Assembly: GCA_947040455.1 (NCBI GenBank)
Contig: CAMRBN010000002.1
Location: forward strand, 11,856-75,855
Direction of reading: 5' to 3'
Source of the DNA: an uncultured Mycoplasma sp.
GTDB lineage: Bacteria; Bacillota_I; Bacilli_A; Mycoplasmatales; Metamycoplasmataceae
Length of the DNA: 64,000 nt
How positions within the stretch are numbered: the stretch's first letter is position 1; every line of letters starts with the position of its first letter. Below, one piece after another: positions 12,894-26,533 of this stretch. Both the position numbers and the translations under genes were made by a program. The notes under the pieces are model-generated. The model was not told the origin of the DNA, ran no database searches, and saw only the letters and a list, made by a program, of their open reading frames with translations.

Positions 12894-13729
12894 TGCTCAT
12901 TCTGGATGGAAAAATATTGGCAAATCAAAAACTTGAATTTTTAAAAAAACAAATATCAATAATGATAACCAAACCTAAAATGTCTATAATTCAAGTGGGA
13001 GATGTTTTTGAAAGTAATAAATATATAGGTATAAAAATCAAGCAAGCAAAGTCTATAGGTATAGAAACAAATCACATTAAATTAAGTGAATATATTGAAC
13101 AAGATGAATTAATTTCATTAATAAAAAAGGAATGCAAACAAACAAACGGATTAATTATTCAATTACCACTTCCTCAACATTTGGACAAACAAAAATTATT
13201 GGATGCAGTAGATATAGAAAAAGATATTGATGGTTTATCTCAAAAAAATCACAATATGCTTTATCAAAATAAAGAATGTATTTTTCCAGCTACAGCTAAG
13301 GCGATTATTTCTTTGTTAACTTTTTATAATATTCCTATTAAAAAGCAAAATATAGGTATTATTGGTGAATCTAACTTGGTAGGAAAACCAACAAAAGAAC
13401 TTTTGGAAAGAATGGGCGGAATTGTCAATAGTTTTAACTTAGAAACAGGAATTAAAAAATCAGAAAATGCTGACATATTAATTGTTGCAGCGGGCTCTCC
13501 AAATTTAGTAAAGGCAGAAAATATTAAAGAAGGAGCGGTCATTATAGATGTTGGTGTAAGCAAAACCAAATTATCTAATAAAATTTTTGGTGATGTAGAC
13601 TTTGAATCAGTTAAAAATAAAGCTTCAGCAATTTCTCCAACAATAGGGGGAGTGGGTCCGTTAACGGTGGTTTCACTTCTAGAGAATTTAGTTGAAATAT
13701 ATAACAAAACTTTAACTAAAAAAAATTAA
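12893..13729 (+). CDS. folD: Bifunctional methylenetetrahydrofolate dehydrogenase/cyclohydrolase
   Basis: [12 protein letters not shown]...QLPLPQHLD...DIDGL...GESNLVGKP...GGVGPLTV are typical FolD motifs. The ATG overlaps the valS stop. Confidence 0.9.
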   Translation: MLILDGKILANQKLEFLKKQISIMITKPKMSIIQVGDVFESNKYIGIKIKQAKSIGIETNHIKLSEYIEQDELISLIKKECKQTNGLIIQLPLPQHLDKQKLLDAVDIEKDIDGLSQKNHNMLYQNKECIFPATAKAIISLLTFYNIPIKKQNIGIIGESNLVGKPTKELLERMGGIVNSFNLETGIKKSENADILIVAAGSPNLVKAENIKEGAVIIDVGVSKTKLSNKIFGDVDFESVKNKASAISPTIGGVGPLTVVSLLENLVEIYNKTLTKKN

Positions 13730-13890
13730 TTTGTGTTATCATTAAAAAGCAATAGTAATTGTTGCAGAAAGTAGATTCATTTCTCACCTCATGATTTATA
13801 TCTTGGGTTTAGCTATAACATACATTTAAAATTTAATAGTTATTAATGAAACAAATAATTTATTTTCAATATTTAATTAAGGGGTTCATC

Positions 13891-14511
13891 ATTATTGATA
13901 CATCATCAAATTCGAGAAAAAGAAAACCAGGACCAGAGCACATTATTAACGAACACATTTTATTTCCAAAAATTTTTATAATTGGAGTGAATGGTGAAAA
14001 AATAGGTGTAATGACAAGGGCGGAAGCGTTGGAAAGTGCCTTAGAGCAAAAATTAGATTTGGTTCTAATTTCTACAACTCCTAAACCTATTGCCAGATTT
14101 ATGGATTATGGAAGATTTAAATATGATCGCAAGAAAAAGAAAAAAGAAGAAAAATCTAAACAGTCTAGAACTGAAAATAGACAAATAAGACTTACTCCTT
14201 TGATTGGCATAAATGATTTAAAAACTAAAGCAAAAAAAGCTAGAGAATTCTTACTTGAAGGAGATATTGTTAAAATTTCTCTAAAATTCAGGGGAAGAGA
14301 ATCTCAAAGACCAGAATTAGGTTATTCTGCCTTAAATGCTTTTTTTAAAGAAGTTGAAGATATCGCCATTATAACGAAAGAACCCGTATTAAACTCAGGA
14401 AGATTCTTAGATATGTTTTTACAACAAGATAAGAAAAAAGTTATTCAATTAAATAAAGAAAATAAAAATAAAAATAAGGAGAACGAAGACAATGCCAAAA
14501 ATGAAAACTAA
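13891..14511 (+). CDS. infC: Translation initiation factor IF-3, apparent ATT start
   Basis: The IF-3 body ...[43 protein letters not shown]...[11 protein letters not shown]... is clear. The frame has no ATG/GTG/TTG between the RBS TAAGGGGT (13878-13885) and this body. In-frame ATT codons lie at 13891 and 13894. Confidence 0.8.
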   Translation: MIDTSSNSRKRKPGPEHIINEHILFPKIFIIGVNGEKIGVMTRAEALESALEQKLDLVLISTTPKPIARFMDYGRFKYDRKKKKKEEKSKQSRTENRQIRLTPLIGINDLKTKAKKAREFLLEGDIVKISLKFRGRESQRPELGYSALNAFFKEVEDIAIITKEPVLNSGRFLDMFLQQDKKKVIQLNKENKNKNKENEDNAKNEN

Positions 14512-14680
14512 AAGTGCCATTACAAAACGTGTTAAGGTAACTGGTACAGGTAAAGTTAAGAGAGGTCAAGCATATAGATCTCACTTAGCTCAAAACAAAA
14601 CAACAAAACAAAAAAGACAATCTCGTAAATCAGATATGATGCATCCTTCAGATGTTAAAAGATTCAAAGGATTATTTTAA
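14492..14680 (+). CDS. rpmI: 50S ribosomal protein L35
   Basis: [32 protein letters not shown]... The start overlaps the infC 3' end. Confidence 0.95.
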   Translation: MPKMKTKSAITKRVKVTGTGKVKRGQAYRSHLAQNKTTKQKRQSRKSDMMHPSDVKRFKGLF

Positions 14681-14723
14681 TAATCGCATAATACTAATAA
14701 AAAAAAGAAAATAGGAGAAATTT

Positions 14724-15083
14724 ATGAGAGTAAAAGGCGGAATAGTTACTAGAAGAAGACGTAAAAAGTGACTAAAATTAGCAAAAGGATATTGAGGACA
14801 TAAATCAATAGGTTACAAAGTTGCCAAGCAACAAGTTGTAAAGGGTTGAGTATATGCCTTTAGAGATAGAAAACAAGTTAAGAGAAATTTTAGAAAATTA
14901 TGAATTGCACGTATTAATGCTGCAACACGTCCTATGGGATTATCATATTCTAGATTTATTGAAGGATTAAAAGCTGCAAATATTGAAATTAATAGAAAAA
15001 TGTTATCAGAATTAGCAATTAATAATCCTGAAATTTTTAAAATAATTTTTGATAAAGCTAAAATAGCTTTGGATAAAAAATAA
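14724..15083 (+). CDS. rplT: 50S ribosomal protein L20
   Basis: [28 protein letters not shown]...RKLWIARINAA (W encoded by TGA). A GGAG RBS lies upstream. Confidence 0.95.
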
Positions 15084-15086
15084 AAT

Positions 15087-15122
15087 AAACAAACCTCTTT
15101 AAATAAAATGGTTTGTTTTTTT
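15087..15122 (+). terminator. Rho-independent terminator after rplT
   Basis: The stem pairs AAACAAACC with GGTTTGTTT and is followed by a T run. Confidence 0.6.
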
Positions 15123-15139
15123 ATAAAATATGGAGAAAC

Positions 15140-17850
<2,711 letters not shown>

Positions 17851-17925
17851 AAATAAATTTTATTTTATGTTTAAAAAAAATAAATTACACTATAATTATT
17901 TTATAAAATTGAAGAATAATCATTA

Positions 17926-19065
17926 ATGAATTATATAAAGAATGGAAGTATGAAAAAGCTTGAATTAAAAAAAATAACTTTAAAAAAGTTAGTGGTTGGA
18001 TTTGCTTTTATTAGTGTTACTACTACAATTGTTTTGACTTCTGGAATTTTGTCTAACACTCCTTTAATAAATTCAGCTGGTTCATCTGCTGTGCAACCAT
18101 TAATGACTTCCTTTTCTAACAAATATCTTGGTGCAGATTTGGTAACTCAAGCCGGAGGTTCAGGAGCAGGTATAAGGGCGATTATTGATGGAACAAAAGA
18201 AATAGGTATGGCTTCTAAAGATCCTGGAATTATCAAAGCAGGACCTGGAGAAAAACCTAGTGAAGATGAATTAAGTTGAATTGAGAGAAAAATAAAAACC
18301 ATTACTATCGCTTGAGATGGAATGGGATTAGTTTATAAACCCAATAAACCTAACGTGCAATTAGATGTGAATATTAATACTATACTTAATATCTATACTG
18401 CCTTTGCTGGTAATGAAGAAAAAACATTTGCAGATTTGGGAATAGATGGTGATACAACTAAAGTTCATCCATATGCAAGAAGCGGTGGTGCAGTTGTTTC
18501 TGGAACTGCTGATGCGTTTTATAAAGATTCGAACTTGGAATATGAAAAAAATCCAGAATTAGATAGTGCTTTGATTGATGGTCATTACGGAAAATTTACT
18601 AGGACAACATCAGAATCTAATTCGCAAGCTTGATCTTTTGTGAAAAACGAAAATAAAATTGGTTCAATGGTTTATCTCTCAGCGGGTTTTATTAATAATA
18701 ATAGAAAAGAAATAGAAGATAATGGCTTTGAGATTGCGACTTATAATAATGAAACAATTGACATTGAAAATATCGCCAAATCATATCAATGATATAGACC
18801 ATTAAATTTAATGATTTCAATTGAAGGAAGTTCTGTAAGTGATACAACTATCACTAATTACAATTCGCAAAATTTAATTAATTGAATTTTAGGTGATCCA
18901 ATAGCAAAGAATATAATTAAAACAGAAGGTTATGTAGAAATATCGAAAACAGATTTTTTAGATATGTGTCTAAACGGAGATGAATCAACTTTTTGAATTG
19001 CCACTGATAAAGAAATATTTGATTCAAAACCAAAACATCCAGATTGAAAGGTAAATAATGGATAA
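17926..19065 (+). CDS. pstS: Phosphate ABC transporter substrate-binding protein
   Basis: A signal anchor is followed by AGSSAVQPLM...GGSGAGI.... One frame runs through TGA codons. It sits first in the pst operon. The start could instead be the ATG at 17950. Confidence 0.75.
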
Positions 19066-21043
19066 GAATCAAAAACTTTTCAAAAAGAAAAATAGTGTTA
19101 ATTCATTTGTAAAATCAATGTCAATGGGATTCTCAATATCAATGGGTTTAGTGTTTTTGATATTAATTATTTTTATTTCAATAATGGCTATCAAGGGTTT
19201 TCAAGAATTTGGTTCAGGAATATTATTTAGTGGAGATTTTAGTGAATATTCATTTTGAGTACCTTTTGCTGTCACGACACTTACTTCTGGAATAGCTATA
19301 TTAGTAAGTGTACCAATTGGTATCAAAGTTGCTATTTTTACTAAATATCGTCTTCACAAAAGATGAAGAAAAAAAGTCATTATTTTATTTCAAACATTAT
19401 CAGGAATTCCATCTGTTATTTTCGGATTATTTGCAGTAAATTCATTAGGTTTATTATTTAATTCCTTGTTCGGTATTTCTAGAAACTCAATATTCAATGC
19501 ATCTATAATGTTGGCTTTTATGATTATTCCTACTATTATTTCTATGACACTTGATTCATTGAATGCTATTGATCCAAGCCTTTTAGATAATTCATTGGCT
19601 TTAGGTAATTCTAAAACAAAATCAATTTATAAAGTTTGTAAGAAAGCTGCAAAGTCAGGAATTGTTGTAGCTGTTGTTGTAGCTATATCAAGAGCTATTG
19701 GAGAATCAATGGCAGTATCTATGATTCTTCAATCACAACCTTCTAACGAAGTTTTTCAAGATGGATTTTTTTCATTGTTAAATTCGTCTTCTCAATCATT
19801 AGGAGCTTACATCTCATCAACTATGTTTGCTGATTCTGATCCTGAAAAAATTAGACCATTACTATATGCTTTTGGTTTAATAATGCTTATTATTTCAATG
19901 TTGCTGAATATTGTTATTTCTATAATTACAAAATCTAAAAAAGCTTCTAGAAATCCAAAGATTGTTAAAGCGAGAAATAATATTGCTGCATTTTTCATGT
20001 TTATTCCAACAAACATAAAAATGTTTTTTGAAAAACAATCTTTCAAAAGTAATCATGTAATCGATTCAAATAATTTACCTGAAACAATTAACTATATTAA
20101 GGACAGAAATAATAATTATAAATATGGTAATTTATATTTTAAATATAAAATAACTTTAGAAACAATTAGTATAATTATTTGTTTCTCATTTTTAGCATGA
20201 ATTATTGGTGACATTGTCGTTAATGGAATAATTGCAACAACAAAAGATTCATCAACAATTTGAGATTACACAAAAAATACAGTTGGTCAATCATTTTTAA
20301 ATACCTTATTAGTAATTATTGTTTGTTTGACCATTAGCTTCCCTGTTGCTTTATTTATTGCAGTTTACTTAAATGAGTATGCTAAAAAAGGATTTTTAAA
20401 GAAGGGAATTATCTTTATGTTGGATTCTCTTTCTTCTACTCCATCTATTTTATTCGGAATGTTCGGAATGTTATTTTTCATTAAAACATTAGGTATGACC
20501 AATAGTGGGACAATGGGAAATTCATTAATTGCTGGAGCATTAACTGTAGTCATTGTTGTTATTCCAACATTTATTAGATTGCTTGAACAATCATTAAGAA
20601 ATATTCCTGATGAAATTAGAATGAATTCATATTCTCTAGGGAATACTAAAAGTGAAACAATTAAAAAATTAATAGTTCCGATGGCATTGGCTGCAATAAC
20701 AGGAAATATAATTACAGTGATTGGTCGAATACTTTCCGAAACAGCACCTCTATACTTAACAGCGGGATTATCATCATCTTCTGATACAGCGTTGAATAGA
20801 CCTGGAACAACACTAACCACACACATTTATGCCCAAATATTCTCAACATCATCTAATGCAAAATGAATTCAATATGAAGCAGCATTAGTTGCTATGTTAT
20901 TGGTCTTCTCGTTGGTCATCATCGGTTATGTTATAATTCCTGCAAGGAAATCAATTAAAAGTCATTTTAATCATTTCAAAGATTATTTAAAAGAATCTTT
21001 GCAAAAAAATAAAAATCAGAAAAGTGAACAAGGAGTTAATTAG
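19058..21043 (+). CDS. pstA: Phosphate ABC transporter permease, fused PstC-PstA type (about 661 aa)
   Basis: Pieces 19058-19258, 19466-20200 and 20327-20866 are in one frame. There are two permease modules, each with an EAA-like loop (ALGNSKTKSIYKV... and SLGNTKSETIKKL...). Confidence 0.8.
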
Positions 21044-21048
21044 CACAT

Positions 21049-21903
21049 ATGAAATTAAATTTTAAAGAAAATTTTATGAGTAAAATTTCAAAAAAGAAAA
21101 CCAAAGAAACAGTTCTAGTTGAAACCAAAGAAACATTTTCAGAGAGTAATGTTTTTGAGGTTAATGATTTTTCATTATGATATAAAAATGGTGAGAAGCA
21201 AGCCTTATATGATATAAATGCAAATATTAAATTAAAAACAATAACTTCTTTTATCGGTCCTTCAGGTTGTGGTAAATCAACTTTTCTTAGAGCTTTAAAT
21301 AGAATGAATGATTTAATTGATGGAGTTATATATGAGGGTGACATTTTTTTTGATAATGTAAATATAAAATCTAAAAAAATTCCAGTTACAACCTTAAGAT
21401 CTAGAGTTGGCATGGTTTTTCAAAAACCAACACCATTCCCGATTTCAATTTATGATAATGTAGCTTATGGACCAAAATCTAATGGAATACATGATAAAAA
21501 AGTTTTGGATAAAATTGTTCAAGAATCTTTGGAAAATGCCGCTTTATGAGAAGATGTTAAAAACAACCTAGATGATTTAGGAACTAGTCTTTCTGGAGGT
21601 CAACAACAAAGATTGTGTATTGCAAGAGCTATTGCAATGGAACCAGAAGTTTTATTGATGGATGAACCAACATCAGCTTTAGATCCAATTGCAACTATAA
21701 AAATTGAAGAATTAATTTTACAATTAAAGCAAAAATATACAATAATTATTGTGACCCATTCAATGGCTCAAGCTCAAAGAATAAGTGATGAAACATTTTT
21801 CTTCTATCAAGGAAAAATTGTTGAAACCGGAAAAACAAAAAATATATTTTTAACACCAAATAAAAAAGAAACAAAAGATTATATAAATGGAAGGATAGGA
21901 TAA
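21049..21903 (+). CDS. pstB: Phosphate ABC transporter ATP-binding protein
   Basis: Walker [10 protein letters not shown], signature [14 protein letters not shown] and Walker [12 protein letters not shown] are present. Confidence 0.9.
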
Positions 21904-22544
21904 TGGCTACTAATTATAATTCGTTAATAACGTCAGAAAAAAACTTGAAAAAAATGGTTATGGAATTTTTAGAATATTCTTTTGCAACTCATGAAAAATT
22001 ATGAAAATATATTTTTAATCAAGAAGACGGTCACAAGATAATAGATTCAATAGAATCAAGAGTAAAAGAAGCTGAGCAAAAAGAAAGAGACCTGGTTGAT
22101 GAGTGTATCTGAACCATTTCAAAAGATGATCCTAGAGCCAATCATTTAAGATTTGTTATTTCTATTATTTATTCTGCAAAAGATATTGCAATAGCTACTA
22201 ATTATTCATTAACTATTGCTAAAACTTTTGTTAGAAAACAAATAAATCAAAATCATATTATAATGATTGAAGATTTATCGAAAAATTATTTAGATTTATT
22301 ACAAAAATATATGAAAATATATAAAGATAAAAAAATAAGGGATATTTTTGATCAAACTGAAAAAATGTATTCAGATTTTATCGAACTATCTCATGAAGTA
22401 ATGAAAGCAATTAAATTACAATTAGCAAATGAAGACAATGAATTAGATTATTTTCCAATTTCTCAAATTGTAAAATCAATGGAAATAACAATAGAAAGAA
22501 TAAAAAGTATTTTTGCAAATGCTGTTTCAAAAGAAATTAGTTAA
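21903..22544 (+). CDS. phoU: PhoU-family phosphate signalling protein
   Basis: The call rests on its position after pstB, its size of about 213 aa, and a helical repeat protein with ...DPRANHLRFVISIIYSAKDI... The ATG overlaps the pstB stop. Confidence 0.65.
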
Positions 22545-22559
22545 TGCTAAAAGTTAAAA

Positions 22560-22600
22560 ATAGGTGTCAAGCAAAAATACTTGACACCTATTTTTATTTT
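22560..22600 (+). terminator. Rho-independent terminator after the pst-phoU operon
   Basis: A perfect 12-bp stem pairs ATAGGTGTCAAG with CTTGACACCTAT and is followed by a T run. Confidence 0.8.
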
Positions 22601-22645
22601 TGTGTTAAAATTTAGTTATATTTTAAAAATTATTAAGGAGGACGA

Positions 22646-23029
22646 ATGGTAAAATTAAGATTAAAACGTATGGGTAATAAATTCAATCCCTTTTATAGAA
22701 TTGTAGCGGCAGACGCTAGAGCTCCTAGAGATGGACGTTTTATAGAAGAGTTAGGATATTTTAATCCACTATCTGAAGAATTAAAATTAAACAAAGAGTT
22801 AATTACTAAATGATTAGATAATGGTGCACAACCTACTGATACAGTTAGAAATTTATTGAAACAAGAAAAATTTTGAGAAGAATATTCTTTATCAAAAGAT
22901 AAATTAACTAAAAGTAAATCAGTTAAAAAAGCAAAAGTTAGAAAGCCTAGTGCAAAAAAAATTGCTACAAAAGAAGCTGCTAAAAAACCAGTAGTTAAAA
23001 AAACTTCTAAAACTAAAAAAGAAGAGTAA
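22646..23029 (+). CDS. rpsP: 30S ribosomal protein S16 with a Lys-rich C-terminal tail
   Basis: An AAGGAGG RBS lies upstream. The translation is [41 protein letters not shown]... Confidence 0.95.
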
Positions 23030-23031
23030 TA

Positions 23032-23709
23032 ATGAAAATAAATTTTTTAACAATTTTTCCTAAATATTATGAAGCTTTTAAAACAGAATCAATTACATCA
23101 AAGGCAATATCAAAAGATTTAATCAATATTAATATAATAGATTTTAGAGATTTTACAAATGATAAGCATAGAAAAGTTGATGATGAAATTTATGGTGGTG
23201 GACCAGGAATGTTATTAATGGTAGAACCTATTGATAATGCCTTAAATTCATTAGAAGAAAAAGGCAAAGTAATAATGTTATCTCCGCAAGGCAAACAATT
23301 TACTCAAGAAATGGCTTTAGAATTATCTAAAGAACAAACATTAACGTTTATTTCTGGTAGGTATGAAGGTTTTGATGAGAGGGTTAGAAGTTTGGTTGAT
23401 TGTGAAATTTCAATTGGAGATTATGTATTAACTGGAGGAGAATTACCATCTATGGTGATAGCCGATTCAGTAATTAGATTAATTCCTGAAGTAATTAAAG
23501 AATCATCACACCAAAATGATTCTTTCCAAAATAACTTGCTAGACTTTCCACAATACACTAGACCAAGAGAATACAAAAATATGTTAGTTCCTGAAGTCTT
23601 GCTAAGTGGAAACCACAAAAATATTAATGAATGAAGAATTAAAAAACAAAAAGAAAATACTCTAAACAAAAGACCTGATCTTTTAGAAAGGAAAAAAAAT
23701 GATAAATAA
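23032..23709 (+). CDS. trmD: tRNA (guanine37-N1)-methyltransferase
   Basis: [16 protein letters not shown]...YGGGPGMLL...[10 protein letters not shown]...[13 protein letters not shown]... The frame extends through TGA at 23632. Confidence 0.9.
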
Positions 23710-24055
23710 TAAAATTAAAGCAATTGAAGATTCTCAACATCGTGAAGATTTTCCAAAATTTAAATCTGGAGACAACATTAAAGTCCACGTAAGAATTAAA
23801 GAAGGGGAAAAATCAAGAATTCAAATTTTTGAAGGATTGGTTATTGCTATGAAGAATAGTGGTTCTAAAGAAACTTTTACTATAAGAAAAATTTCTTATG
23901 GAATTGGTGTTGAAAGAACTTTTCCTTTAAACAACCCAAATATTTCATCTATTGAATTGGTTCGTTCTAATAAAGTAAGGCGTGCTAAACTTTATTACAT
24001 GAGAGAATTAAAAGGTAAATCAGCTCGTTTAAAAGAAATTAGAGTAAAAAAATAA
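23699..24055 (+). CDS. rplS: 50S ribosomal protein L19
   Basis: ...[35 protein letters not shown]...RRAKLYYMR... Confidence 0.95.
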   Translation: MINNKIKAIEDSQHREDFPKFKSGDNIKVHVRIKEGEKSRIQIFEGLVIAMKNSGSKETFTIRKISYGIGVERTFPLNNPNISSIELVRSNKVRRAKLYYMRELKGKSARLKEIRVKK

Positions 24056-24074
24056 CACTTAAAAATTTATAAAA

Positions 24075-24102
24075 AATAAACTAAGAAATTAGTTTATTTT
24101 TT
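24075..24102 (+). terminator. Rho-independent terminator after rplS
   Basis: The stem pairs AATAAACTAA with TTAGTTTATT around a GAAA loop, followed by a T run. Confidence 0.6.
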
Positions 24103-24132
24103 ATGTATAATTAATTAAAAAAAGGAAGAAAT

Positions 24133-25017
24133 ATGAAAAAACATGCAGTAATTGATATTGGAGGAACCAATTCAAGGTTTGCCATTATAACAGATGATAA
24201 GATTGTTTTTAGAGAATCTTTTTCTACAATTCTTGCCGATCCAAAGCATTCCTTAAAACCGTTAATAAAATTATTGAATGAACATGAAATTGAATTTTTA
24301 GGAATTTGTTTACCTGGAGTTGCAAATTATGATGAAGGAGTAATTATTTCAGGTGCTAACATACCTAATTGAGTTGGATTTAATGTAAGAACTTTTATTA
24401 TTGAAAATTCAGGTGTACAGGAAATCACTTTTGAAAATGATGCTAATGCTATGGCCTATGCAGTTCATACTTTTTATAAAAAAACAAAAAAAGACATTAC
24501 ACAATTTTTTACAATCTCGACAGGATTGGGTGCAGGTTTAATAATCAAAGATGAAATATATTCTGGTTTCTCATTTCAAGGATTAGAAATTGCTTGAATG
24601 CCAGCATCTTTTAATAAAGAAGAAAACCATCTTTCTACAGGTTCTTGTGAATATTTTTCTTCTGGATCTGGAATTGAAAAAAGAGCAACTAAAATTTTTA
24701 ATAAAAAAATAACTACAGAAGAAGTCTTTGCCTTATATTCAACTGATGACAAAGCTAAAATGATTATTGATGAAGGTATTGAAACTCTCGGAAGTACTTT
24801 AGCAATAACAATAGCTGTTTTAAATCCCAATTCAATTGTAATTGGTGGTTCTGTTGCTCGTCACAACAAATGATATATTGATAAAGCTATTGAATGAGCT
24901 AAGGTAAATTCTCTTCCTTCACAATTTAATGTAATTGAATTTCTAGAAGATCCTTATGGAGATGATTGTGCTTTATTTGGAATTGACGCTTTATCAAAAA
25001 GTCGAGATTTAAGCTAA
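24133..25017 (+). CDS. ROK-family sugar kinase (glucokinase-like)
   Basis: MKKHAVIDIGGTNSRFAI...ENDANAMAY...STGLGAGLI... Pieces 24133-24372 and 24598-24873 share one frame. Confidence 0.75.
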
Positions 25018-26235
25018 TCCCATTTTATTATTTTCTTTTTTATTAATTTTATATGCTATAAGTCAAAACAGGAAAATTATTAAAACAAATATTCCTCCTA
25101 GAAGAAATATAGCTCCAATCATTGCTAAACTTCCGTTTTTAGTTGCTTCACTCACTCCGATAGATGTATTCATATTTGGATTAATATTTGTTAGAGAACC
25201 ATAAACACTAAATCTTGTGTAAAATGGTAATGAATAAGTGAACACACCATAAGATAAAGGGAAAATCATAGAAACACCTATCATTTTTTTGAATTTTTGT
25301 GGAGCATTTTTATTTATAACAAGTGAAGTTATTGCAAAAGCAATAAATAAAATAGGGGCAACGGCATGAGTTCAAGAAGTTTTAGCTCATTGGAAAGCTC
25401 AAGTATAATGATCTAGTGATGTTGGAAATAAATACACTCAAAATATTACTGATACAATAAAGATGTATGCAGATAACGCTATTAAAATAGTGTTGTTTCT
25501 AAAAGCAATTTTGTTATTAAATGCAGTAAAAAAAATCATGAAAATAAAACAAGCCATATTCGATAGTTGTGTAAAGTAAGAAAATGTATCGAAAATATAA
25601 TAAGTTTCCATATAAGCTTTATATTGTTCATCACTAAAACCAGGCTTTAATTCAGGAATTACAATTTTGTCAGGTCATAATTCAGTAAAAATTAAAAACC
25701 CAAATATAAACCCAATAAATGTAATTAACAAAATAAAATAACCAAATGTTGTATTTCAAAACAACATATTTCTTTTGCCATTTTTTTGAAAACCATTTTT
25801 AAAAGCACTTAAAGACATTTGACGAGTTCCAACTCTATTTTGTGAAATGTAACTAAAGTAATCTTCATATAATTTATTTTTAACACCAATATAAATAGTA
25901 TAAGGTAAAAGTAATCATGTAAAAATACCTATTGAAGAAACAAAATATTTTTTGTAATTGCTTTTTTCCATTCTTTTAATTTCCATTGAATTAAATCCAA
26001 TCATTAAAGAACATATTATTAATGATGCTGCAGATCAAGCTCTAGCAGCTTGAACAGAGACTGGTATAGGCATTTTAACATCAGGTACCTCAAAAGACAC
26101 AGGATCAACTAAATCGTTTCAACCATACAATTTTCAATTAGGAAAATCAGTAGAAAATATAACTATACCTATTATTGCAAAGACCAACATAATGGTTGAA
26201 TAAATAGTTATTTTAGATATTGGCTTGTAATTCAT
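25009..26235 (-). CDS. Hypothetical polytopic membrane protein (about 408 aa)
   Basis: Reverse ATG at 26233-26235. The frame is continuous through TGA codons to TAA at 25009-25011. It has many hydrophobic segments. I recognise no family. Confidence 0.55.
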
Positions 26236-26265
26236 AAATTAAATTATAAATTAAATTATAAATTT
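26234..26265. repeat. 12-bp tandem repeat ATAAATTAAATT, about 2.6 copies
   Basis: Read directly at 26234-26245, 26246-26257 and a partial copy at 26258-26265. It abuts and overlaps the start codon of the minus-strand membrane gene. Confidence 0.6.
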
Positions 26266-26401
26266 TATTTAAATTTGTTTTTATCAAATATTAGTTATAA
26301 TTTTATAGTGTGTTTTCATTGATTAATATTGTGATAAAAGATGTATATTTATTTTTATTAAAAAAAATGTAACATAAAATAAAATATTGTTATATAATAG
26401 A

Positions 26402-26504
26402 TTTAGCGAACATAGCAAAAGGGATCACCTGAATCCATTCCGAACTCAGTAGTTAAGCCTTTTTACGTCGACAATACCATTAGGGAAGATAGATAATCGC
26501 TGCT
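26402..26504 (+). rRNA. rrf: 5S ribosomal RNA (isolated copy, no 16S or 23S in the window)
   Basis: ...AGCGAACATAGCAAAAGGGATCACCTGAATCCATTCCGAACTCAGTAGTTAAGCCTTTTTACGTCGACAATACCATTAGGGAAGATAGATAATCGCTGC contains the universal CCGAAC...GAAGTTAAGC-type loop. Terminal helix AGCGA pairs with TCGCT. TATAAT lies about 8 nt upstream and T runs follow. The ends are accurate to about 3 nt. Confidence 0.85.
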
Positions 26505-26533
26505 TTTTTTTGCTTTTTTTTTAAGGAGGAATT

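Noticed and set aside
13324-13707. Long antisense ORFs opposite real genes. Examples are 13324-13707 (-), 20365-20826 (-), 21036-21413 (-), 40780-41112 (+), 45631-45939 (+), 48142-48516 (+), 61218-61541 (+) and 63454-63777 (+).
   Set aside because: They are shadow ORFs opposite strongly supported genes (folD, pstA, pstB, fruA, the K+ channel, truB/HAD, smpB and rnr). Their composition is low-complexity and they show no start or RBS context.
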